The position numbers were made by a program, and so were the translations under genes. A stretch of 64,000 nt of DNA from Raillietiella orientalis (Eukaryota): NCBI GenBank assembly GCA_036172245.1, contig JAYWIR010000018.1, positions 3,286,001 through 3,350,000 on the forward strand, in the 5' to 3' direction. This document shows positions 25,440-37,000 of the stretch, in pieces (positions within the stretch are counted from its first letter, which is position 1; every line of letters begins with the position of its first letter). Below the pieces are notes generated by a model. It did not search any database, was not told the DNA's origin, and saw only the letters and a list, made by a program, of their open reading frames with translations.

Positions 25440-25990
25440 GCATTCAGTACTCTCATTGAGTACGCCGAAGAGGAGGACCATTTTGTCGCCATCCAGTCCA
25501 CCAGCTACCCAGCTCTCGCATTCAGTACGTGATTTCACTGCATCGGGAGTTGGATTGAATCATCAGCTTGCTTGTCTGCCTCATGCTGTCTGGGAACGTG
25601 CAACCCTCGAAGAGAATCGTCGTTGTGGAGATACCGGTGATCCAACAAAGACCGCCCGAACTCAAGTTTGGGTTCCCAAAGGTGAAAGGAAAAGTACGTG
25701 GTTCGACTAGCATGAAACTCCACGAAATCAGATTGTCCTACTGTCCTGCTGTTATATTTGGACCCTTCTTTCTGTGTTCTCTTGTCGGAAGCATCAGTCT
25801 TTCTTCCTATCTTTTCTCTCCTTCCGCACTGGCTCCATCCAGTTTCCAAGACTGCCTGCAGGCAAGCCGTCGTCGGGAGGAAGTCTTCTCCTCCCGGATG
25901 AGAAAGGGGCTGGCTGCTCGTTTTTGCTATGTCTGCAGCACCCTTCCAATCAGCTTCCGTTCCTCAGAGTGGTTTGAACGAATTCGCAAA
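25440..25990 (-). mobile_element. RLE-type non-LTR endonuclease fragment
   Basis: RRLACRQ...LVEPRTF...NPNL...CTFPD in RLE motif order. Shares a 37-bp identical block with 51363-51399. Confidence 0.45.
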
Positions 25991-26322
25991 TAGTGAGCCA
26001 AGGGTACATCGAATGAATGCAGCCGAAGGATGCCGGACGGGGCACCCTCGTGCCTGACCTGATCTCGTTCTGAGAAAACAGAATTTTAATTCGGCTTTGT
26101 GAGGGATCAAGTGAATGTGGTCGAATGACGAAAAACCCAGAATGTAGCAAGAGGTCGAAAGTTAGAGCCATGTGAGTGTATCTCCCAACAAAACCCTCAT
26201 CTGAACAAGGAACACCCTTTCTCTAGTGCATCAATTGCCTGTCGCCAATGGTGGTCACACGAGAGAGGTCGAGGAAAATCGGAAGATTTGCAGAAAATCT
26301 CCTTTGAGCTATTAAGCGATCC

Positions 26323-26387
26323 CTTTGTGTGATTTCAAATTCTTTAAACGAATCCCACATACCAAAATGGATCCAACTTTGTCGCTT
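26323..26387. repeat. Left copy of the ~60-bp degenerate direct repeat flanking the Hsp70 retrocopy (partner 28360-28429)
   Basis: ctttgtgtgatttcaaattctttaaacgaatcccacataccaaaatggatccaactttgtcgctt versus ctttgcctgatttcaaattttttaaacgaatcacacttaccaggatgcatccaacttccagtagtcgctt. Confidence 0.8.
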
Positions 26388-26406
26388 TTTTTAAACCTAT
26401 GGATAT

Positions 26407-26412
26407 TTTATT
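26407..26412 (-). terminator. Polyadenylation signal of the Hsp70 retrocopy, with residual A7 tract at 26386-26392
   Basis: TTTATT on + equals AATAAA on minus, about 30 nt after the CDS end and about 15 nt before the T7 run. Confidence 0.6.
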
Positions 26413-26441
26413 GGAAAATAAATTAATCTAATCCTTCTGTG

Positions 26442-28254
26442 ATTAATTCATCTGAGCTTCGTGGACTACCTGTAGCCAGTTTGGTACAGTTCAGTAATTA
26501 TTGGGAAGCACACAGCCTCTACTTACTCTTGCTCATGCACAAATCCGTGTTTTTCAGCCAGTTGATTGGTATCCAACCATTTGACAGTTTCGTTGTGTCT
26601 GTCAGAAACAGTTCCCTCATCAGATTCTGAGATTTTACCTTGAGTTTACTCATCTCCCATGGAAGCTTTATGTCAAAACAGTAGGGCTTCCATGAATTCT
26701 TGATAGAATTACGCTCTCTGTTCATCTTCCGCCTATACTTTTCAGCTTCTTGCACCTTACGTACATTCTATTTCATCCTTAGATAAACGAGCATTGTTAT
26801 TCGCAATTTGACCTTTCCAGTTGACTTGTTCACACCTGAAACTCAAGATTCCATTTTCATCGATATCAAATGTGATTTCAATGTGAGGTGCACCACGTGA
26901 AGGGATACCAGTGATTTCAAATTTTTTTCAGCAAATTATTGTCTTTTGCCATGGCACGCTCTCCTTCAAATACTTGGATGATCACACCAGTCTGATTATC
27001 ACTGTATGTGATGAACGTTTTAGTCCGCTCTGTAAGTATGGTGGTATTTCTCTTTATCAGAGCTGTCAATGCAGCTCCAGCCGTCTCAGTATTAAAGGAT
27101 AATGGTGTAACATCCAAGAGTAGTCAATCTTGGACAGCTTTTGATTTATCACCATGTAAAATTGCAGCTTACACTGCGGCCCCGTATGCTACGATTTCAT
27201 CAGGATTAATTGACTTGTTCAACTCTTGTCCACTAAAAAAGCCTTATAGCATTTTCTGAATCTTTGGGATGAGAGTAGAATCACCTACAAAAACTGTCAT
27301 GTATTTGTGATTTATCCATTTTTGCATCACGAAGGGACATTCGACGGGTTCCAAAGTACTGTGGAACAGATCCAAGTTCAGCTCTTCAAAGAGAGCTTCA
27401 GTCAATGATGTGTGGAACTCATCATCCTCATGTAAAGTACCAGTTTCAAGTAAAACTTGTGCTGAGGATGAGAGTGTTAACTTTGTTCGCAAGCAGTGTG
27501 GAGACCGTGGAGACGACGTATTGCTCGTTTGTCGTCACTCGGATCCTTCTTCTGCTTTAGCTTAAATTCTTGGGCAAAATTCGATTATCAAAATCTTCAT
27601 TCCCTAGACGAGTGTCATCAGCAGTGGATTTTATTTTAAAAACTCCTTTTACAGCTGGAACTGACACATCGAAGATTCCAAATCCTAAGTGAAAAATGAA
27701 TACACTGCGTTCACCACTCGTGTTCTTATCCAAGCCATTTGTAATGATAGCAGCAATGGGTTTATTGATAATTAGCAAGGCATTTATCCCTGAAATCTTT
27801 CTTACATCCTTTGTTACCTGCCTTTGAGGAATCACTGAAGTGTGCTGCCAGCATTTGCCGCAGTTTTGTCAAGGTTTGCTTCTGCAATCTCCTTCATCTT
27901 TACAAGTACTATTGAGGATATTTCTGAAGGATTTCTCCTTTGCATTCCACATTAATTTCTGGATTTTGTCCTTCACTTATCACTTGAAATGCCTCAATTT
28001 TATGCCTGCTGCACTGTTTACTCATTAATTCACGCCCATTCAACCATTTTGCATCAAAACCTGTACTTGTTGGTTCATCAACACTCAATTTTTCGCCGCA
28101 TCATTAATTAATCTTTCAGTATCTGAGAAAGCTACATAACACACAATCGATTTTCCTGTCCATTGGCGAAGATTTCCGTTTTGCTCTGTTGGAAAATGTT
28201 CACACAAGAGTTCCTTGTCCCCAAATCAACTCCAATTGCTGAAGTCTTCGATAT
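26442..28254 (-). pseudogene. Hsp70: Processed cytosolic Hsp70/Hsc70 pseudogene (frameshifts, stops, start ATG mutated to ATA)
   Basis: Collinear fragments SKTSAIGVDLGTRNSCV...[19 protein letters not shown]...[55 protein letters not shown]...LIKRNTTI...[33 protein letters not shown] and EAVCFPIITELY. No introns over about 1.8 kb. AATAAA and an A-run lie downstream. Confidence 0.93.
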
Positions 28255-28359
28255 TTTAATGCCAACTAATGCAACCAAACTGCTTGAGAAATGGGATAAC
28301 TGAAATTTATCCCATTTCTCAAGCAGTACACTCATGCACACGGTACATCTGAACAATCT

Positions 28360-28429
28360 CTTTGCCTGATTTCAAATTTTTTAAACGAATCACACTTACC
28401 AGGATGCATCCAACTTCCAGTAGTCGCTT
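28360..28429. repeat. Right copy of the direct repeat flanking the Hsp70 retrocopy
   Basis: Aligns to 26323-26387 with scattered substitutions and one small indel. Confidence 0.8.
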
Positions 28430-29509
28430 CTGGATCTGCCTGGTCACGTCTACCCGATCAACAACCACTGTTTCTTTTGCAGTCTGCATGAATGGGTATT
28501 CATGTCTTTAGTACCAGAAATGGTTGTCCAAGTGCCCGAGTGCTCGTCGCAGGTGCAAGCAACACGCTCTCGCCCTTTAGAAGGATGTTAGTACCTTCTC
28601 GTTTGGCAGGAAGACCTTCGTCATGTGATGTGATCTGACCTGAAAGACTCCAAAGTTCTAAATTTCAGACACGCTAGCAACACTCTTTCCAGGTGCATCA
28701 GCTCGTGGTGAAATTGTGTTCTTTGTGGTGGTCACACGCGCAGTGTATGCTGGCGATGACACCCCTGCCAACCCTACTCAGGCACAAGAAAAAAGCCCTC
28801 CTCCCCTGAGCGAAGTTACAAAACGCTCCATCCATTTTCTGGAACTAATCTGCGTTGCTGTTCCATGTTAACCGGGAGTTTGGATCCAGTAACTGGACCT
28901 GGAAATCAGAGGAAGAGAGTGGGAGGAAGGAGAGCTGCACGTTCGGGTGCCACAACGTGGTGACGCATATGTTCCCCTTTTGCAGGATTAGCCGAACCGG
29001 GTTGGCAAAGTACCCAGACTGACTACCCATCAAGCCTCGTTTGAGTCCTTCCAGAGCTTCTCGTGGCTTCAGTGGTCAAGCGGGGGGGACGGTGACCTGG
29101 ACGCTTCTTGCCCGCTCATCCCTTTGTGTCCCAGGGCGATCATGGAGGAGAGAGACAAAGGAAGGGCTCTGCTCTTTCGCAATCCTTCCAGTCTTTTAGA
29201 GGAGCCAGCTTTCTCTTGATGCCAACCTTTGGCATCAGTCTGCGTCACTCGGCGCCCTCTGCCGCAGGCGGGTTCTCGCAGCGACAAGCCGAGTCACCGA
29301 TGACAGGCGGGAGGCTTTTCCTGCATCCTGCGGCTATCTCATCCTCAGAAGTATCTTTCCTTCCCCTCCCTTTCATCTGCATTCTCAGCTCCTCCTCTCC
29401 TCAGCTTCGAACCAAAGTCTGGCTTCTCCTACGATTTCTCTGAGGGAGAGAAAAGAGTGACGAGAAACGCCTGCCGGGCTGCCCGGAATCCATCGACGGA
29501 GCAGGCAGT

Positions 29510-29678
29510 CAGCGTTCCTCCGGGAGCTCCATCTCAGCCGGTCTTAGCACCGGGTCACGACAAGTCTTCAAACGTGGTAGAACCAAGTGTTCTACCACGA
29601 CAGAAACTATCTAAAGACTTTATTAGGTGATTGTGTAAAAAATTATAATAATAAATACCCGGCATATCCGGGTGACAA
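29510..29678 (+). mobile_element. Tx1-like LINE array unit 0: 3' UTR only
   Basis: Homologous to 35230-35388: ccggt-N6-accgg, gtagaaccaagtgttctaccacg, and AATAAA plus acccggcatatccgggtgacaa. Confidence 0.6.
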
Positions 29679-29679
29679 T

Positions 29680-31810
29680 TTTCAGCCGCGTTGCGCGTGA
29701 GGGAGGGAAAGGCGACACAGATTGAAAAATCAACAAAGGAAATATCTCTTCCTCAGAGGGATCCGATTCATACAGGGGCGAAATACAGGGGTGAGGAGAG
29801 AGGAGGGGTTGCAAATCATCGCCCAGCAGCTACGGTCTCTTACTACGAGGTCTCTTACACGTTATTTCTAACGAATCAGCTGGGGAAGGCGCACGGACTA
29901 TCGTTAGACCAGTCCAGGTATGGCTGGGGTAGAGCTTAGGGAGATTTTCCGATTGGTAATAAAGGACGAGGAGACGAGGAAAGAGAGATGCGCGCTCCGC
30001 GAAGGCGAACCGAAGAACTGATAGTTTCCGGGAGAGGTTTACACCTAGCCACGTATATTTAGGTGCAAATCTGCGTTCTGAAAAGACATATACAAAAACT
30101 TCATCAGCCTCAGCGGATGGTAATTATCGAAAACGTGCCAGATGACCGGAATGGATGCACGTCACTCCGGGAAGTAGTGGAGTTGGATCCGACGCTACTG
30201 AAGCGGAGAAGACAAGAGAGAAGGAGGGGAAAGAGGACCTTCAGTAAGGGAATGAACCAAGTAGAGCTGCGAAAGCTTTCTTATGGAGAAGAAAGCTGCT
30301 CCTGAATATTCGATGAACTGCCCCTTGCAGATGATCCGGTTCCGCCGCTCTCCTGTAGGAGAGCGGGGTGACTGAAGAGATGCTCCTTCTTCCTTGGAAG
30401 ATCATGGAAGAAGAAGAAGACTAGAGGGAAAAGGGTCCGGATTCTGGAAGCAAAGGGCTCTGTGGACGAAGAACAAACTGCAAAGACGCACGCTAGCTGG
30501 GCGCACTGTCGTTTCCCTCATCTCAGATGTGGTGAGCAAGTGATAAATCAACACGTGCAAGAACGTCGAGGCTTACTCTGATGCAAACCCGCTGGGACCG
30601 GACCCTCGTGAGGGAGCGGATAGGGAGGAGTGGAGGACAAATGGACAAATGAGTAAGTGCACAGGGAAAAAGACTGCTTCTCGTTGTTGATGGATCCCAT
30701 GGGTCCGCGCTGAGAAAGGTTTTCCTCCTGGTTGCTCTGGGAATTTTATTCACAGGTAGACAAACACGCAGGGCAGCAGTACCCGAGTTACTGATGAAAT
30801 GTTTACTCAGGAACTGCCCATTGTACGGTTGGTGCGGCAGAGGGGGAGGCCAAAAGGTGTTAGAGTGGAATATTTCTAGTAATAATAGCAGAAAACTCAT
30901 ACACTAATAATAGGAAGATGGGAAAGAAGGGCCACCAAGGACTTTTGGTCCCTTCATCTCTTGCATGATATGCTCCTTCAGTCCTAGGGTAACTGACCAT
31001 ATCCATGTACTCCTTCACTCCTCGGAGAGAGAGGTGTAAGCTACTTCTCCTTCCTCCGAGACACGAACATGGTCTGGTAGAAGGCATACCAAACTACCTC
31101 AATGCCACGGATGCTGCACGAGATGATGATTGCAGCTTCGGTCTACGAAGGTTTATCTCAGTATGGGAAATAGGACACGAGATCCTCTTCAGTGGTGTCG
31201 TTCCTATCGGGGAGGGCTGTAGCCTTGCCTGGAAGTAGTAGAGGGAGCGCATCGCCGAACTGTGCCAGGTGTGGAGAGGAGACTTCTCCCTCCCCCTCAT
31301 AGTGCAGTGCGTTGCCCTCCAGAACTTGTGGGAACGTTTCTCTGAGTCCCTTCCTCACCCCGTGGACGATCCCAGAGACTCTTTGAGGCCTCTCTTCGTG
31401 CGGGACGCCATGACGCCCGTAGCCGCAATCGCAGCTGTGCTGCGTGCGCGGTGCCGTCTCGGCGAAGTGCGACGCCGAGAGGGGCCGGAGAGAAAGGGGG
31501 GCTATCCTGCATGCCATTCACTTCCTGCAGATAGCTTTGAGGTGGTCCCACCTGGAAAGGGAGAAGGAGGAGCTCGCCAGCATCCTTTAATGGATGCAGA
31601 GGCCTCACCCACCACGAAATAATTTTTGTTCTTTTTTTTTGTTTTTTTGTTGTTTGTCATAGTTTGTTTTCATTTTCTGTTTTTGTTTCATCCCCCTTCC
31701 CCTTCGCTTCTCCGGCCCGCTCTACTTGTAGTGTAAGAATTGGAATTGATGAGCCATCGGCTCCATCGATTTCTGTAAGAGAATAAAAGTCCCGGCGCAC
31801 CCGGGTGTGA
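29680..31810 (+). mobile_element. Tx1-like LINE array unit 1 (degenerate ORF2 C-terminus plus 3' UTR; 5' part uncertain)
   Basis: Zinc-knuckle remnant SPNCARCGEE...LIVQCVALQNLWERF, then LFVRDAMTPVAA and FLQIALRWSHLEREKEELASIL*WMQR. Followed by a T-rich UTR and AATAAA plus cccggcgcacccgggtg. Confidence 0.65.
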
Positions 31811-31811
31811 A

Positions 31812-33485
31812 ATCACAGCGCCTTTCTTCAGTCCGTCTTCGGTGGAGAAGCGCTGCAGCAGGCTGGTGGCAGTGTCTTGGCGTTGACTGAGTTCCGAAAC
31901 GAGTCTCCGCCACAAGTCCTGCAAGTCACTGCAGCCTAACAGGAGGTGCGGAAACGATTCCATCCTCTCTCCCACCTAAGACAGTAGGGGGAGACAACTC
32001 CCCTGGAAACCAGGTGTCTGCGCTGATTGCACGGAACTCCAGTACAGGAACAGTAGAACATCCTGTTTTCAAATTAGCGGAAACACGATGGTGCCCGCAC
32101 AGAGGGAAGGGACCACTACTTCTTCGAGGGGCACACCAAGAAGCCCCTAGTCAGCCTGAAGGACTTTTGCGCTCCGAGTCGCGACGAAGGCCTCGACCAT
32201 CTTGCTGAAACGCCTAAAGCGGCAGCTCCAGTGGAGGACGCTTGCCCTAATGGCGGAGTTTTCGAACACCAACTGGTGCGAGCCCGCAAGATACTTGGTC
32301 AAGCGAGCCACCGGCTACGAGAGACTGTCTTCGTTCTTGGCACGGCGACGCAGACGCAACGTGTCCAGCTGAGGACTGGAGCTTCGGCGAGTGCCAAGTT
32401 GACCGGGATCAGCAACTGGATCTTCCGACCCGCGAACAGTAGTGCCTGGATGCAGGAAACCCTTGGCACATGGGCCAAGAACAACGAAGCGAGCCCGGAG
32501 ATGCTGCAGTGACTGCTGCATCCCTTCTACAACAAACACCCATTGCAGGACGTCATCGTGCAGCCCAATAAGTGTGCGTGAGCACAAAGAACCTCTCTAG
32601 TCGCAGTACTGCCCTCCCTCAGCGAGCACTTGGGCAGTAACCAGCCGGCAGAATGGGAGGTCAGTTGTTAAATAGGTCTTTGAAAGAAGGAATTAGGTGG
32701 TTGGGCTACCGGTCAGCTCAAGGATGCTGAGACCCCCAGTGCCCCAGTGAAAAAACTATTGCTCTAGGTTGAGCTGCTGAGAACAGGAAGACTTCGAGTG
32801 GCCCCCAGCGCTGAAGAACAACCGCCTCCCCCCTGGAGTGGCAGGAGGCTGCACTTTTGCTGTGGCACTGGGCTACACTGTGCAACGCCCATTGGTCTCA
32901 CTGGATCTGGGGGGCTGTGGACCCAACTGTTGCAGGTGCAGGGAACGGTAATCCGTTTCGCAGCTGCTTGTAAACTGTGTTGTACTCCGGCTCCTGTGGT
33001 TGCGTTACGCAACGACCCTTGTGGCATCAAAGGACAATCCCATAGGCATATTGAAGTTCCTCTTGGTGCGCGATGCCGTTTCACCTGCCACATCCCTAGC
33101 AGTTCTTTTCTGCCTAAGTGGGACTGTGACGGCCTGGAGCTACACGAGAGGACGGTGCGATAGGGACGCCATCTGCTTCTCTCTGAGGTTCATGAGGACG
33201 GCAGCTAAATGGCCCTACCTGGGCCATACTCAGAGGGAACTTGCCGGCATCCTGGAAAGGATGCAGAGGACGCCCTCTAGCTCCTGGTGATCCTTTTCCC
33301 AATTTTTGTATATACTTTTTTATGTGTGTGTTTTCTACCCCCCCTCCGCTGCCGTGGCGAATCTCTTCGGCCTGCGTGCCGGTTACTCGGCAGGTTCCGA
33401 GCATTTTCGGACAAGTAGGGCCGATGACCCTACACATTCATGTTTATTTTTTATAATAAACGTCCCGGCATGACCGGGTGATAAA
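31812..33485 (+). mobile_element. Tx1-like LINE array unit 2 (5'-truncated)
   Basis: PNCCRCRER*SVSQLLVNCVVLRLLWLRY, LLVRDAVSPATSL and FMRTAAKWPYLGHTQRELAGILERMQR, then AATAAA plus cccggcatgaccgggtg. Confidence 0.7.
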
Positions 33486-35388
33486 ACCAAGAAGCTCACT
33501 CCACCGAAGGAGTCCCTTTGCCCGGAAATAAGTGACAGCGTTCACCAGTTCGTCGTTTTCCAGCATTCAGGAGTTCCAGGAGTTTTTCGACTCCTGCAAT
33601 GTTGCAGAACTCCCACCCTGCCGGTTGGTTAATGTCATTGTTCGCCCTGAGAGCGGACAGCGCTGCAGTAAGAATGAGACTGCCGACCGGGATGATGGCG
33701 ACCAATCCAGCAAGAGATCTCCCAGCAGTTTGCGTAGGAGATCCTACTGCCGTCGCATTTCCTCTGGGCGCACATCCAATGTTGCAGTAGAGTGCTCTAG
33801 AGCTTTCTGTCGCTAGGCATTCCAGCTGATGGCGAGGCAGGAGATCCACGGATGGGCTAGCAGCAACGAGGACAGATGCCTCAGGGGGTAGCCGAATCCA
33901 GTCCTTCGGCGTAGATTGCATGGCAGCAGCGAAAGAAGTCCGGTACTGCCCACGCATCGCTGGAGATATGGCGTGCCGATGCACACCAATTGGAAGAGCA
34001 CAATTTCCCACACAGGCTGAGAAGTCGGAATTGAACTTGTAGTCCGATTTTCTCGATGGTCAAGATGCCCAAGCCAGCGTCCTGGCGTAACATCACCAAG
34101 TCTTTCATGCGAATCCGGGATCTTGCAGCGCCCCACAACTCTTTGCTAAAGAGGCTCTGCACCCAGATCTTCACCGAATAAGAGACGGGCAAACAAGAAA
34201 TAAGGGGCGGAGGAGAGGGGCAACAAAAGTGCTCTAAATAGAGGTCCGTTCCGGCAAAAGGAACTTGTCTACAGGCGCTTTCTGGCTTCAAGAGTCAGTT
34301 TTGTCATGAGGAAGGTCAACGGCTCGAGAGAAGCGGTAACATGATGAGTGTGCTTGCCTCCGAAGAGGAACGTACTCTCGACAGCCCCTGCGGGAGATCC
34401 AACCCACGCAAATTGCTGTGGGCTTCACTCACCTTCCTTGCCCAGTGCTGCCCTCTCTCAAGAGCACTGGAGACAGCAACGATCCGGCAACATGGGAAGT
34501 GTCCTGCCTAATTGGAAGCAGGAAAAAACTCTTAAAAGAGTGGACAATTCGGCAGCTAGCGGACGCTACGACCCAGAGTATCCCTCCTAAAGGACTTTTA
34601 CGCTGGGGTAAGCTACTCGCAATACCTCCAGAGGAGGTATAGTGGTCCTCAGGTGTTGGAACAGTGTCACTCTCCCCCTGAAATGGTAAGAGACCGCGTT
34701 GCTGCTGCATTGGGGAATCCTATGCTGAGCGCGTCTCTCTCACTAGACACTTGGGAGTGTGGATGCCCATTATGCAGAGTACGGCGAAAAAGAAACGTTC
34801 TTGTACTTATTAATACATTGTGTCACCCTCCGTCACTTTGACTATCGATTCTCATTGGTCCTCAAAATCCCAGGATTCGACCCTAAAAACATTTTCTTGC
34901 GCCTCTTCATGCGTGACGCCCTATCCCCCGCCGCGTCCCTAGAAGTTCTCTGCTTTGTACGCGGAATCATGGCAGGCTGGAATGCAAGAATAAGAGGCCA
35001 AAATTCCATTCACGAGATATTCACTGGAATCTTCTTGAAGACCGCTTCCCGATGGCTTCAACTTCAAGCAAACGAAACAGAAGCTGTCAGCATCCTAGAC
35101 AGGATGCAGAGGACGTCTCCAGGTAAGCAGTGGTCCCTTCCTCGCCATCCCTTCCCCAAGAAACATTACCTTCCCACTGCCTTTTATTTTTTGTTTATTT
35201 CTGTTGGTTTTTCCTTCTTTTTTGCCATTGGAGCGGACCTCACCGGTCTGCGTACCGGTTTCTGGCAAGTCCTCCGCGCGTTGTAGAACCAAGTGTTCTA
35301 CCACGGCATCAAAAACAGTGACGATTTTATTATGAAAGTTTTAAAAATAATTTTTATTAATAAATACCCCTGCAAATCCGGATGACAA
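33486..35388 (+). mobile_element. Tx1-like LINE array unit 3 (5'-truncated)
   Basis: CPLC / GEKETFLYLLIHCVTLRHF (CCHC knuckle across a frameshift), LFMRDALSPAASL and FLKTASRWLQLQANETEAVSILDRMQR. UTR hairpins, then AATAAA plus cccctgcaaatccggatgacaa. Confidence 0.7.
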
Positions 35389-35389
35389 A

Positions 35390-37000
35390 CGTCGGCTGAA
35401 GCCGAGCATTCCCGGCCCTGGTCGTAGAGCAGGCAAGCCACTCCAGACTGCCAAACAGGCTCTCCGCCCCCACCTTGTATTTCCTAAGGCGCTGGACGTA
35501 GTGCGTCTGGGGAAAGTATGGATCTGCAGAAAATCTCTGCTGCTGGCCATCCCTCCTCCAAAGCCTCCAGATGCAGGGGAATCGGCAGTAAAAAAACCCT
35601 TGTACCAGCGTCTAAGGTCTCCCCCCTCTTCGAGTTCCCTTACGGCGAACACGAGGAGGTACCAGCGGAGATGTTCCGCCGCCTCCGGAAAGCTAAGCCA
35701 GTCGGCTAGTGTTCTCCAAACCTCGTTTGCAGACACATCCCGTTCGACCGCTGTTTTTTTCACAGTGATGAACTGCGTGGCATTTTTAGACTTCCGGAAT
35801 CATGTCAAGCCCTCCTAAGTGTCAGTCAAATTCTTCCGCCGTGCACTGAATTTGGAGTTGTCGGGGTTCATCGATTCCCTCCCAGAAGGTAGAAACCATC
35901 TGCGTCCGGGAAACTAATGAGCTTTACCGTGGAGGAATAGAATCTAGTCCCGTACGGGTAATCCAATGCCCGAGGGACTGACACGCTGAGGGACCGAGAA
36001 GGAAGTGAAATCAGTGGTTTTGATTTACATCAAACCTCCAATTTCACCTTCCTTCCAGATGTAAATCAAACCTCTGCTTCTTACACGTCTTCTCGATTCT
36101 GATCTCGAGGTATGTCTGTGACTCGCAGACGATCAGCCCGAAGGAAGGGGTAGATTTGTGAAGGTTACCACGGCCAACCATCACGAAATCCCACATTCCC
36201 CTTCTTTCCTCTTGAGTCCTACACCAACGGTCTCGTAACGACGAGAAAGAGCCATCGGAACGAGAAAACGAGGAGAAAAGAAGGGTGTCGAATGGGAGAG
36301 GAAGAGGAACAGTTCGTTCAGGGATGCCCTCAGGAATGCTCTTGCTAGGAGGAACCAACACGAGCAATGCCTTTCCCAAAAGATGTTCCTCTTTTCCCAC
36401 TGGACATCTTTAGCTCTGCATTGCGATGGCGGCAAATAGGAATTACGCCTTCGCGAGTAGGGAATGGTGCCTCTGGGTTTCTGAAGCCGACACGATGACA
36501 GCTGCTTTCGAGATATCTGTATCAGTGGCCACTCGACTCGTCTCTGCTCAATTGCATTTTTACTGGAGGATCACGGGTAGATATTGTGCTGTCCACTGAG
36601 CAGGAACTCTTAGAGGCACTCTTAGGAATACAAATCCTCCTGAAGATCCTGTCATTCACCACTTGAGCAAACCACTTTCTCGACGACATCCTGGAGAACC
36701 CGAGTTTGCTTCCTAAAGCGCATATCCTGGTCATTGGCGATGTCACGAGACTCCTTCTGCATCGGATTACTAAGCCTTCTCACAGAAGTCCAAGAAGGAA
36801 AGTCTCTTTACTTTTGCGGACCTTGGGCAGGTCTTTGGCTGCAGGAACCGCAAGGATAGTTCCAGAAAAATCTTCCTGACCCGCAAAACTGCGCGAGCCG
36901 CGTGGTTCTTCAATCCGGCAGTCTGCTTGCTCCATGCTGTACAAGAACTCGCCTCTTCCTCTTCGCGCAGATGCAGCCTGAAGAGGGTCCAGTTCAAAAT
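35390..37000 (+). mobile_element. Degenerate LINE 5' portion (ORF1-like plus AP endonuclease remnant), cut by the MULE
   Basis: APE-like remnants PLDIFS, Y.PP and HILVIGDV (cf. IVxGDFN) at about 36400-36750. Confidence 0.4.

Noticed and set aside
29650..35388. Junction hairpin read as a Helitron 3' end, twister ribozyme or CRISPR-like repeat
   Set aside because: No CTRR after the hairpin on the minus strand, twister pseudoknot partners not found, and the intervening DNA is kb-long LINE ORF2 sequence.
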